Shown one piece after another: positions 1 through 11,900 of a stretch of DNA of 64,000 nucleotides. Where the stretch lies: assembly GCF_003704095.1 (NCBI RefSeq), contig NW_020847478.1:124001-188000 (forward strand), given 5' to 3'. The stretch is from Pocillopora damicornis (taxonomy: Eukaryota). Position 1 is the stretch's first letter; each line of letters opens with the position of its first letter. The position numbers and the translations under genes were made by a program. The notes below the pieces were generated by a model that was not told the DNA's origin, did no database searches, and saw only the letters and a list, made by a program, of their open reading frames with translations.

Positions 1-178
1 AAACTCACCTGATCCCCCCATAAGGCTCTTAAGTATACTAACGATCGCCCTTATTGGCAGTCAATTTTCCATAGTCCACTTTTGACTCTATCACAGAAGA
101 CTGATTCCCCCCTCAGCTCTCCTGAGAACCATGCGAAATCCTCCAAAACCCCCAGTCGATAAAAAGACTGGTCCCTTA
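1..178. repeat. Partial MITE-like dispersed repeat (same family as 28469-28735 and 31000-31187)
   Basis: Shared blocks cacctgatc..ccc, ggcagtcaattttc..tagtcc, gactga..cccccc and the terminal actg(g/a)tccct seen in the other two copies. Confidence 0.6.
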
Positions 179-297
179 GCAAAAGTAACCCTACGAAGTT
201 GTTATAATTATTTTAAATTTTATTGTTCTTGATCTTTTATTTTCAGGCGCTCGTTTATTTCATTCTGTATAATAACTTCTTTCCTTCAGGTTCTGTT

Positions 298-3200
298 ATG
301 TTATTTCTGGCACTTTCCATTCAAATTATACTATTAACGCACGCAGCCCCAATGGATTGCCAAAAGAACACTGCTGTCTGCTTGGAAGAAATAATGAAGG
401 AAATGACCCAAGTTCGATTTGAGTTAAACATTCTCACTGAGAACAGAACATTAATAAGACGTAAGTAAGATTGTCTTCGCTTTACCTGTATAGATCATTT
501 CCATCTTCCTTTTCTCTTTATTAAATTAATCATTGCTTGGTGCAGAGTGAAAAACCTCTGAAGTCCTATAACGGCGGAATGGCGATTTCAATTTTTTTTA
601 CGTAATCAATTTGCGGTTCTAGAGGGCAAAATTTTCTACTCGGAGTTCCATGTTTCAGTTTAGTGGCGATTCTTTACTCACGCGGCGATGTAGTGAAACA
701 TTTGCAAGGAAATGTTTTTCGGCGTATTGTCATCATCGTCTTTAACGTTATCATAATTTTAAAACATTCATTAAAAAAATCGATATAGAAGAGAGTTGGA
801 GACGAGAGTTAAGTATGCAGGTATCCTTGAGCCAGTCAAATCGGACTACTAAGAAAGAATTTAGCCCTTTATGGTAATAACAAGTTATCCCATGTTCCAT
901 TACAAAATTAAGAATTAAATATCACCTATGTTTTCTAAGTTTCAAAAATTGCCCGAGTCGCGCAATTGATTCTTGAAAACGTATGTGAGTATTATAAACC
1001 CTTAAATTTTATTGGCTCCCTGCGATTACCGAAACAAATTTTGACATAGCAAACTGTTTCAATTGTTGTAGTCCCAGGAGAGACAAACTCACGAAAGCGT
1101 TATCTTAAGATCCGAATCCGGAAAGCGCAAGGGACCAATCTGTTGAGGACATTAGCCTATTTAATTGATTATTGATTAGTTTAATTATTTCCATTATCCT
1201 AGGTACGAACATGGTTACAATGTTCATCTGTTTGTCTATATTTTTATTGGTTTTGTAATCGGACCTTTCAGCGTGACCACGCGCATATAAAAGCGAGTTT
1301 AGCGTCCCTGTGACCAGTTCTTCGCAAGTTTTTGATTAGTCTCAGTGAACTTTCGTATTTTCGTTTTAAACCTTTGGCACAAGCGAGACCGATATGTAAG
1401 TACCTTTGTAACTTTGTTTTTCTAAATTTAGTTTTCCAGCATTGGGCTCAAGTATATAATCAAATATTTCGTTGTATTGCAGTATATTTCAATTGAATCG
1501 AGATTTAAAGGCCAAATTTTTTCAAATGCAAGTGAACGAAAGAACGATAGGCTGTTAACCAGCCACCAAATTCTTGTAATTTTGTACTTTAACGTAGTTT
1601 GTATTGTTTATTTGTATTGTTTAATATCATTTTAATCTCGTTATCGGCGTTAAGGTCCAGCTTTTTACACGCGATTTTTGATTATGTATTTCGCAACATT
1701 TCATCAGACTGATAGAACTTCGTCGCATTAATGTTTCAGTTTACGGTCGATTGCTTGATTGAGAGATTGATCGTTGATTGTGGTTCGTGGATTGCTTGCA
1801 AGATTAAAGATTCGTGTAAACGGTCAACTTTGGTCTGTTACATTTCATACATTTCAGTCTCGATCAGTAAAATAGCCCCCAAACACTGCGTTAACCGCGT
1901 CTTGGAGCGACACTTCTTGGAATCTTATGAATTAGATTTTTGGTCGCCGCAAGTGCCAGACAATCAGATTACAGGATTCGGCTAAAAAATATTGTATTTA
2001 TGTGTTATGAAGAATACAAGGTTTGCCTTCTTCTTGTTATGAAATGTTTACAGATTCCTCATCAGGTGGTATAGGCAAATCTATATACCTACCCCTTTTT
2101 TTAGAGTATGCCTATGACATTGAATACCTTTATTTTATATCTAAAAGCCACGGACTGTGCTGAGCTCTACAAATCCGGTAGAACGGTTAGCGGAGTTTAT
2201 ACAGTTGATCCTGATGGTTCAGGTGCCTTTAATGTATATTGTGACCAGACCACAGCCGGTGGAGGCTGGACAGTCTTCCAGAAGAGAATTGATGGTTCCG
2301 TTGATTTTAGCCGAACCTGGGATGACTACAAACATGGCTTTGGCAACTTGGTTGGTGAATTTTGGCTCGGATTAGATAAGATAAACCGCCTGACGCAAAA
2401 CAAGACAAAGAACAAGCTTCGAGTTGATCTGAGAGCAATTACCAACAAAATTGTTCACCCTGAGTATGATTGGTTTGGAATTGCGACCGAGACGAACAAA
2501 TATCGGCTGTACATTGGCAAAATGACGACAAGTAAGTCATCGATCAACCAGTTTTTTAGCCATATTGTTCGAATTATATCTTTGCTACCCCTTCATCGGC
2601 AAAGGGTCCTCCTCGCCCCCTTCCCCCTCATCCTTCTCCTCGCAACCAACAAAGAGTGTTTTTTCCCTGCTCTTTACCGTTTGGCTATGTTTAGCAGTGA
2701 ATCACTTTCTGCTCATGCGCAGTTGAGTCCACACCCCTCCGTAGAAAATGGCAATTTGCTTTCGAGGTTGTTGGAGAGTGATTCCTTAGATATATTACGA
2801 AAAAGCAAACTCTGAAATTGAATTTAAAAAAAAGTTACTAAAATCGTTTCTACCAAAATATTGTAGTTGTTGGATTATCTGACTTGCGCGCTCTTAACAA
2901 AATCACGATGTTTTGCTCCACCTCGACGCATGAAAGTCAATCAGTCATCATCATCATCGACGATTGAAAATAAAATTCATTCTTTCCATGTTAAGAAAAA
3001 TCTGTTTCATCGAAGTAGTATGTCACTACTGCTGTCGAATTTTTTTGTTTTCTTGTCGGTCAAACATCATCCTTGAGGCTCCAAAAGGCATTAATCCAAG
3101 AGATTACACACTCTTGCGTAATGCTAAAATTATGCTACTATTTTTTTTTTCGTTTGGTACAGATGCAACTGTTTGCCCTGATTCCCTCAGCCAACACAAT

Positions 3201-3443
3201 AATTTCGATTTTGGTATCTGGGAAAGAGGTCCTGCAGATCGCGTTCAAAAAAGAGGCGTAGGCTGGTGGTATGATGAAGATAGAGAAAATGCTGTTCACT
3301 CAAATCTTAACGGTATCTATCCGCTTTGTGGAAGTGAAACCGCGGCTGATATCCACTGGGGCCATTTAGCTCCAAAGAGGGGTGCCGTGGGCAGCGCTCC
3401 TAAGTCATCTGAAATGAAAATTAGGCCAGTGGATTTCTTTTAG
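298..3443 (+). CDS. Secreted fibrinogen-related domain (FReD) protein, angiopoietin/ficolin/tenascin-like; 3 coding exons (298-460, 2148-2531, 3163-3443)
   Basis: Exon 1 encodes a signal-peptide-like segment (MLFLALSIQIILLTHA) and a short coiled coil. Exon 2 has the FReD hallmarks DCAELYKSG..SGVY..FNVYCD..GGGWTVFQKRIDGSVDF..W..YK.GFG...GEFWLGLDKI. Exon 3 has GWWY..SNLNGIY..EMKIRP. Both introns are GT-AG and join in phase 1. Confidence 0.9.
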
Positions 3444-3760
3444 AGTTAACCATACACCCCATAAGTGAGCTGTGATTTTTGCTCTGACCTGTTACATCCT
3501 AGGTGTTAAGTGTGTAAGATTTCTCTTTTACTAATTTTTGATTGTAGAAGTATTAAAAAAAAAAACTTCATACCGATCAACATATTCTTAAGGGTTCATT
3601 TAGAGTTATTCATCATGTACTTTAGGGGTTTTAGGGTGTTGGGTATGCATTAGATATCTTNNNNNNNNNNNNNNNNNNNNNNNNNNNNNNNNNNNNNNNN
3701 NNNNNNNNNNNNNNNNNNNNNNNNNNNNNNNNNNNNNNNNNNNNNNNNNNNNNNNNNNNN

Positions 3761-5093
3761 TGAGATAGGTACAGTAACGAGAGACAATAAAGTGACTGTA
3801 ACTGAAACCGAAACTCAAAGTTTCATTGGATCAGCTGAAAACGAGAAAAGACATTTAACCATAGTGTAGTCACACGAATCAGTCACTTTCGCTATTGCGT
3901 TTGCTGTTTTCCAGTATATTTCTGACATTCNNNNNNNNNNTCAATCTTTCCCCGAAAGACTTTGACTAAGTTAATTCAGAATTTCATGTTGCCACTAGGC
4001 TGGTTGTCATTTAGAATCATGGCTCGAACTTTTGTATTTATCGCGGGCCTGCAAGCCAGCTGAAGTAATTTCTTGACTTTCCCACAGGATAAAATAAGAC
4101 TGATTTGTTTTTTGTTTTTCTTTCATTCAATTGAAATGCTCACTGTCTTGGTGAGATGTTCTGCCCCTGGCCTTGTCTAAATTTACTGGCTTTTCCAAGT
4201 GTCACATTTTATCTAATTGAGTTGTGTTCGCCGCACGTCAGTTGCGCAACGTACGGTTTCACCTTCCGGAANNNNNNNNNNTAAAAAATGTCACAGTGAT
4301 GATTGACACCATTTGTCAGTTATTGATGATTTGTAACGCAAGTGCGCAACAAGCAAAACCAGTAAACTATATTCGTTTGCGACCTTAAAAAAATCTTCCC
4401 AAAAACCTATGTATCGCGTGCCATTACCGCATTTGGCAAACCCCAAAATCTACAGTTGTAAACGGAAAATAAAATTNNNNNNNNNNNNNNNNNNNNNNNN
4501 NNNNNNNNNNNNNNNNNNNNNNNNNNNNNNNNNNNNNNNNNNNNNNNNNNNNNNNNNNNNNNNNNNNNNNNNNNNNNNNNNNNNNNNNNNNNNNNNNNNN
4601 NNNNNNNNNNNNNNNNNNNNNNNNNNNNNNNNNNNNNNNNNNNNNNNNNNNNNNNNNNNNNNNNNNNNNNNNNNNNNNNNNNNNNNNNNNNNNNNTACAT
4701 TTGCCTCTAAACACATACAACCTTCCGGTGTTGGCATTGCCGTTCTCCTCGTCATTTCGTTGGTTTTCCCGTCGCAATCAAAACGCCTAGGATTTGCATC
4801 AATTACGCACTTGTAAACGAGATAATGCTATTTGGAATGATTTAGGAACTCATTCGCAAGATAACCAGGTCCCTATCTTTGTTTNNNNNNNNNNNNNNNN
4901 NNNNNNNNNNNNNNNNNNNNNNNNNNNNNNNNNNNNNNNNNNNNNNNNNNNNNNNNNNNNNNNNNNNNNNNNNNNNNNNNNNNAAGGGCCTTTCTTTGAT
5001 ACATTTCTTTAACCCAATATGAAAACTCTTAGAAGGGCCGGGGATGCTCTTGATTTTCATCGTGAATTCGTTTATCAATAAACTTGCTTGATG
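3761..5093 (+). repeat. Inverted paralogous copy of the TNFR-like subfamily A upstream region
   Basis: Reverse complement of about 6370-8140 and of 32360-33960 (e.g. 3781-3865 vs 8061-8135 and 33871-33945). Confidence 0.8.
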
Positions 5094-5193
5094 NNNNNNN
5101 NNNNNNNNNNNNNNNNNNNNNNNNNNNNNNNNNNNNNNNNNNNNNNNNNNNNNNNNNNNNNNNNNNNNNNNNNNNNNNNNNNNNNNNNNNNNN

Positions 5194-8150
5194 TAAATCT
5201 CAAAACTAAACCTTCTTGAGATGTTCAATTCAGAGCTTGGGGGTCGTGCTGAAAAAGAAAGTCATTTTGAATCAAGTGAGCTCAAAAGCAGCTGCTTTAT
5301 TGGCAACAAATGGGTTGGTCAGAAGAACAAACGTGAGTAAGATCTGAAACAGTGAGCGACAATGCGGCATTACAATTCATTAATTGATAGGATGTCCGCA
5401 CGTATATCAGCTGGTAAGACCCCTATTTCATTAAATATAATCATATAAATAATAAAGGTTTTCGGCTTATAGGTAGTATCCTCCTTAAAAGAAAAGGTGC
5501 TTGATTAGCGGGCGTTGATCATGGCTGCAGCCCACAAATAATGAGACGAGAAGGTTTCCTTTTGCCCATTTTAGCCAGAAAAGATATTAGGAGAGGAGGG
5601 GACACCTAATGGAGAGTGGGTGCTAATTTCCCATTTGGTCTGCTAAGGTGTGTAAGCGTCCAAGTCGTTGTCGGTTGCAAAAGCTGATTGGCCAATTTGA
5701 AATGAGTTACGCGCTGTGAATTCCTGCTGTACATCGTAATCAAACGAAGAATGCGCTTTCTTTCAGCGCTACGCTGGTGATTTAGATGTCGTTTTCGCTT
5801 GGTGTTTGAATAATTGCATCGAAGTAACAAGGGTGAGGGTTTAAAGATGAAAAATTAATCTATGTTCTGATGAACTTGAAGCCGACGGAGAAATTTTAGC
5901 TTGCACTCATAAACTCCTGCAATCCACTAAGAGTAAGAAAAACAGAAACAAACCACACAAAGAAACGAAAACCTTTCTGTCACGCAGTATTACCCATCAG
6001 AGCTTAATTTAAGCTGGTGACACACTAAGCGGTTTTATGCGCCGATCGCGGCAACAGGCCAAATCGCCAGGTGTGCCCGCTGCAGTGATAGCGATTGTCG
6101 CCGATCTCTGTTATCGGCAATTATATTCGCCACCATTTCGCGTGAGTATATGATGTAACGTCAAGCGACTACAATAATCGCACGAAGAAAGTGCTGCCTC
6201 TCAAGAAATCACTACGAAATTGAAAATATATCGTCAAGTGTGTCCGCATCGATCGGTGGCGCAGATCACGTGCGATTCAAACTGACGATCAAGTTCGCCG
6301 CGATCAGCGATTAAAATCGCAGTAACACAGTAGGTAAGCTTCGCGGATATTTTATTTCGATAAACTTCAACATTAAGCAAGTTTATTGATAGACGAATTC
6401 ACGATGAAAATCAACAGCACCCCCTTCTGAGAGTTTTCATATTGGGTTAAAGAAATGTATCAAAGAAAGGCCCTTAAATTGTTGAAAGCCTTGCTTAAAT
6501 AAAAGCGAACTGAGTCCTGAAATCTTGGATCGCTTGCTAACGATAGTGTTTGATTTCCTTTCGGGAATCCAGCGGAAAATGTAGCGGTAAATTTTCCCAA
6601 ATACATGGAATAAAACAAATATAGGGAACAGGTTATCCTGCAAATGATTTCTTAAATCATTTCAAACAGCATTATCTCGTTTACAAGTGCGCAATTGATG
6701 CAAATCCTAGGCGTTTTGATTGCGACGGGCGCTCTTTCGTTCTGAAATGACGTTCCCGTCTTCTTGCTAAATTTCTAGTATCGATGGACGACGGCTCCCT
6801 TTCCGCTAGAAAGAGAGGAAGCTCCTTGAGGTATTTCATCGTTAGAGCAGAGTCATAAGCGTCGGATAGATCGCGCACAGTTTGCGATTCCTTTTGTCTT
6901 TAGAAAAGGGAACAAAAAGCTCAGAATCTACAATGATAATGGCCTTCTAATTAAGATCTAACACGCTTCAGGACAACGTGAAGGCAATAAGCCGGGGTAT
7001 ATGATCATAACCGCAAGCGAATCGCTATACAGTGTTTCAACTAAACAGGTTGTATGTGTTTAGAGGCAAATGTATGAAGCAGTTGAGCCTAAATGTTTAA
7101 GTCTATCTGGGTTAAGTCATGCAACATAAATAGACCAGACAAGAGAACTTAAAATAGGTGAGATTTCGATATTGTCTGAAAATCATTTGACCTTTAAGCT
7201 TCTATGTCAGCTGAAGTTTAAAGCAATTTTATTTTCCGTGTACAATTGATGATTTTGTGGTTTGCCTAATTCGGCAATGGCACGACACACGGGTTATCCG
7301 GAAGATTGTTTTTGTAGGGTCGCAAACAAATTAAGTTTTCTGGTTTTGGTTGCTGCGTACTTGCGTAACAAATCATTAAAAACTGAAAAATGGTGTCAGT
7401 TATCACTGTGACATTTTTAACTTCAGTAGTTCCTCAAGTTGAAACCGTACGTTGGGCAATTTACGTGAGTTCGGTAAGAGGCATTCATGCTGCTTTTATC
7501 TTTTCATCTGTTTGTGCATACAGCAATCAAATAAGAACAAGATTTTGTATTGAGAAATTTTTTTGAGGCCTAAACCATTCTGAGAAGGAAAGATTAATAG
7601 TTGTAAATTGGAGGGCATTTGTGACCTTTGCAAGAAATATCTTATATACAGTGACCGTGGAGAATATCCGTAGAATTTACCTACATTATTAAAATTGCGG
7701 CGAACACATCTCGAACTAGATAAAATGTGAGACCTTTGAGGGAAGCCGGTAGAAAAGGCCAGGAGCAGAACATCTCACCGAGACAGTGAGCATTTCGATT
7801 GAACAAAAGGAAACAAAATACAAATAAGTCATATTTCCTCATGTAGCAAAGTCACGAAATTACACCAGCTGGCTTACAGGCCCGCGATAAATACAAAAGT
7901 TCGAGCCATCATTCTGAATGACAACCAGCCTAGTGGCGACATCCAATTCTGAATTTGCTCAGTCAAAGTCTTTCGGAGAAAGGCTTAAATTAATCTTGGA
8001 TATCAGGAATATACTGCAAAACAGCGAACGTAGTAGTGAAAGTGATTGATTCGTGTGACCACTATGGTTAAATGGCTTTTCTCATTTTTAGCTAATCCAA
8101 TGAAACTTTGAGTTGCTGGTTCATGTACAGTCACCTGAATGTCTTTTGTT
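5194..8150 (-). repeat. Upstream/5' region of a further TNFR-like subfamily A copy whose coding sequence falls in the gap 5094-5193
   Basis: 5194-5310 matches 32240-32352, which lies immediately 5' of the ATG at 32237. 6630-8150 matches 32358-33960. Confidence 0.7.
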
Positions 8151-8989
8151 ATTCTACCTATCTTACCTTGTATCCTGCCTTGTAGAGTCTTGAATTGTCG
8201 TGGCTTGGCCTACAACTTTGCGCACATGCTGCAACAAGAAAATGATTCAGAGAATAATTTTATGTACCGATTAGTAATATACGCAGGTCATCTCAGGGAG
8301 TTTTTTCTTATTGAATCGGAAGGTGACGTAAACCGAAATTAAACATTCGTAGGATGCATCAGCAAGTTTTCAAGGGTTGTAATAGAGTGGGCGTTCGGGT
8401 TCACAGAATTCGAACACGCCCAAAAAACAGGAAGCTACCTATTTTAGGTCGAGAAAATTGCGAAATAATCTTAATTCTTAAAACCTCAAAATTAAATTGA
8501 AACCGCCGGAATTAGGGTGTTTAGCACCTTCAATGTTTCAGCAGTAGATGTACTTCATGGTCCAAGTAAAACGAGAATCATCCAAATTGCTTATTAAAAT
8601 TGAGGGCACCATTTATGATCTTGTTTTGTGTAATCGCCAAACTCACAAGAAATGATGAACTCACAGGCAAAAGCGCCATTCAAGGTAATAATAGAGTTTT
8701 CCTGCATAAAGTTAAGTTTTTGATACCGACTTTATGAGTAAAATTCTTTTTTTTTTTATGAAGACCTGTTACCTAGGGCGGACTGCACTGTGAAAATATT
8801 GACGTGTAAGAAGTATTACAAATGCATGGGGGCACGAATTAGGCACTGAATCGGAAAACATTCGACGCGTTATCAAGGTCAAGTAAGTGAAATTAAATGT
8901 AATGCAGCGAAATGTGTTTGCGCTGTTTTTCCCACATGAGCGGTCTTACATGCTTGTTTATTGATTCACTCTCGACAATTGGCTTTAAG

Positions 8990-11900
8990 AGGGGACTACA
9001 AGTCCCACCAAAATTTAGCATGACTCTTATTTATGAACCATTGTTAATTTGGGGGCGGTAGGACTTTGGACAGTCGGGTCCAGGACTTTGCTTTATTTTT
9101 AACTAAAATATTTCTTTTTAATTTAGCGATGGGGTTTGTCAGCATAGCTGGTGGAGTCGTGGATTTAAAATAATAACGTTCGTTTGCAATAATTTGCATC
9201 TAATTACGAATGCAGTGTCTATGAAATTTAAACTGTGGTCCTAGAGATCTACGACCTTGACTTGATTTACCCGCCTTCAAATTTTAAAACAAAAATTTTG
9301 TTATTATTCATAGGCAAAGTCCATGTTTAATATGACTGTTGCTAGCGTGTAACTTATTTGATGCACGATTAAATTCTTTCATATTTTTGGCTGCCAGTCC
9401 ATTGCTAAGACAGACTGTTCCATACGCTATTACTCCTCTCTATCGATAGAATTCCGAACGAAATTTGTTTCTGCTCTCAGAAGGAAGATGTCTCCGTTTC
9501 TTCTACTCTCGTGTCTTGAATTTTTCAAGTGCAAGGGAAACAATAAAACCGCTCCGCTTTGTTGACAATGTCAATAGCTTATTCAAAGGCATGAGGAAAT
9601 TACTTAAATTACCGGAAGGTTGAGAAATTAAGACTAGTCATAACAAATAGAGAAAAGCTTCTGAGTTCTGAGTAGCTCTATATTATTCTTTTCTAACATT
9701 TGATCGTGTCTGTAAACTGATTTTACACGAGCATCTGACTACTTTTTTGTTTTTGTTTTTCTTGTGCAATGAATGATTTGGGGTTTCTGGCTGCAAAACT
9801 TCACCATATCTGCGCCGAAACACAGAACAATCAGGAAACACAATGGAGGCTTCTCCAGCTTAAGAGAAGCTAACAGCTTTACCACGGTAAATGTCCGAGG
9901 GCTTTCAAGCGACGCGGAAACATTTTATTCTCGAAGTTCTTTAGGTGATCATTTAAAATTTTTGAGAACATCCGATTACATGGCACTAGATTTTCTTACT
10001 TAAGAAGTTCTTCCATGTTTGTGGAGTTTCTTTCTGTTTTCTTCTGATGCTCATTTTGTTCAATGGAGACGTTAGCAAGGGTAAAAAGCTAGGGAGATGT
10101 CCCAGCTGCCACCACGTGGGAACTCAGATCGCAGAGAGGAAATTGAGATGTTGTGGCTTTTGGTCCTGTGTTTAGCCGACGAAGCACATTTTAGGTCACA
10201 GGCTGCGAAATAAATCGTATAAGTTCTTTACCCCATAAGGAAAAATTTTCTTGAATTTTTAACTACTGAAACACTAAAGAAGCGTAGCGCCGGATGCAGA
10301 GAAGAGAATGTCATAAGTAATATATACACTTAGTCCGCAAAAACCAACTGCAAGATAATAATTTAATGTCCGTAGGCTGTACAAGAATTTTCCTTCTTCA
10401 TCAGATCTCAGCGGCGCAAAACCTGAAGGTAATGTTACCATAAGTGGCGATGTTTACAAAGCACAAAAGATAGTCAGTGCTAAAAGCTCAAAGGCTATTT
10501 CTGGTTGTCTTATTTTGATAAGAATGTTTACCGTAACAATTTTAATATTTTGAAAAGAAAAGCGAGGGTGTGCGCGGGACAGAAAAAAAATTCAAGTCCC
10601 CCAAAAGTTAGCATCACTCTTATATTTTAGTGCCAGTGTTAATTTGGGGACGGTAGGACTTTGAACAATCTGGTGGAGGTCTTTGCTTTATTTTGAACTG
10701 AAATGTTTATCTTAAAATCTGATATTTTGATTTTAACATGTCTCCGTTNNNNNNNNNNNNNNNNNNNNNNNNNNNNNNNNNNNNNNNNNNNNNNNNNNNN
10801 NNNNNNNNNNNNNNNNNNNNNNNNNNNNNNNNNNNNNNNNNNNNNNNNAGTCAAAACAAACAGAGAAAAGCCTCTGAGTTCTGGCATGGGTAGCTCTATA
10901 TTGTTCTCTACTAACATTTGATCGTGTGTATAAACTGATTTTTCATGAACATCTGAATGCTTTTTTTGTCTTTTGAGNNNNNNNNNNTAAATGTAGTGAA
11001 GTGTAGTGCTAAAAAACTTCACCGTATCTCTCCAATCAGGTAACACAATAGGGCTTCTCCGGCCTAGGATACTGATTATAAAATANNNNNNNNNNTTTTT
11101 AGCTAAAGGACACTGGGTAAAAGTGATAATCTTTTTTTTTAAAGTTTGTGTAACTGCTCTGCCTCACGGTAGCGACATATGCCATNNNNNNNNNNNNNNN
11201 NNNNAGGCCAGACACATGATTATTTACTACACCACGGTAAATGTCAGAGGGCTTTCCAGCGATGCGGAAACATTTTACCGCGAAGTTCTTTAGGTGATCA
11301 TTTAAAAGTTTTGGGAGCGTTCGATTACATGGCATTAGATTTTCTTACTTAAGAAGTTCTACCTTGTTTGTAGAGNNNNNNNNNNNNNNNTCCTGATGTT
11401 CAATTTGGTCAATCGATCGAGACGTTAGCAAGGGTAAAAAGCCAGGGAGATGTCCCATCTGCTACTGTGGGGCACCCAGATCGTAAACAGGAACTTGNNN
11501 NNNNNNNACTCATCAATACAAAATTAATGTGCTTACCAAGCACATTTTAGGTCAGGAGTAGCGAAATAAATCGCACTATTCCTTTAATTACCTNNNNNNN
11601 NNNNNNTTTCTTAAACTTTCAACTACTGAAACACTGAAGACGCGTGACGCCGGATGCAATAATAAAGTATGTCCTAAGTAATAAATACCCTTGGTCAGAA
11701 AAAAACCAACCACAAGAAAATCATTTAATGTTTGTGGGCTACACAAGAATTTTGCTTCTTCANNNNNNNNNNGCCGTGCAAAACCCGGCGCCGATGTTAA
11801 CACAGGAGGCGATTTTATTATTATCAAATCACCTGCAAAGCATTCTCTAGTCCATTGTCAAATTGTTTCAGTTTGAGTCTCGTGACACGTGTCGCAGTAG

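Noticed and set aside
1200-1990. TATA-like motif plus gtaagt donor inside FReD intron 1 (possible LTR or nested transcript)
   Set aside because: No terminal repeats, target duplication or coding similarity that I can support.
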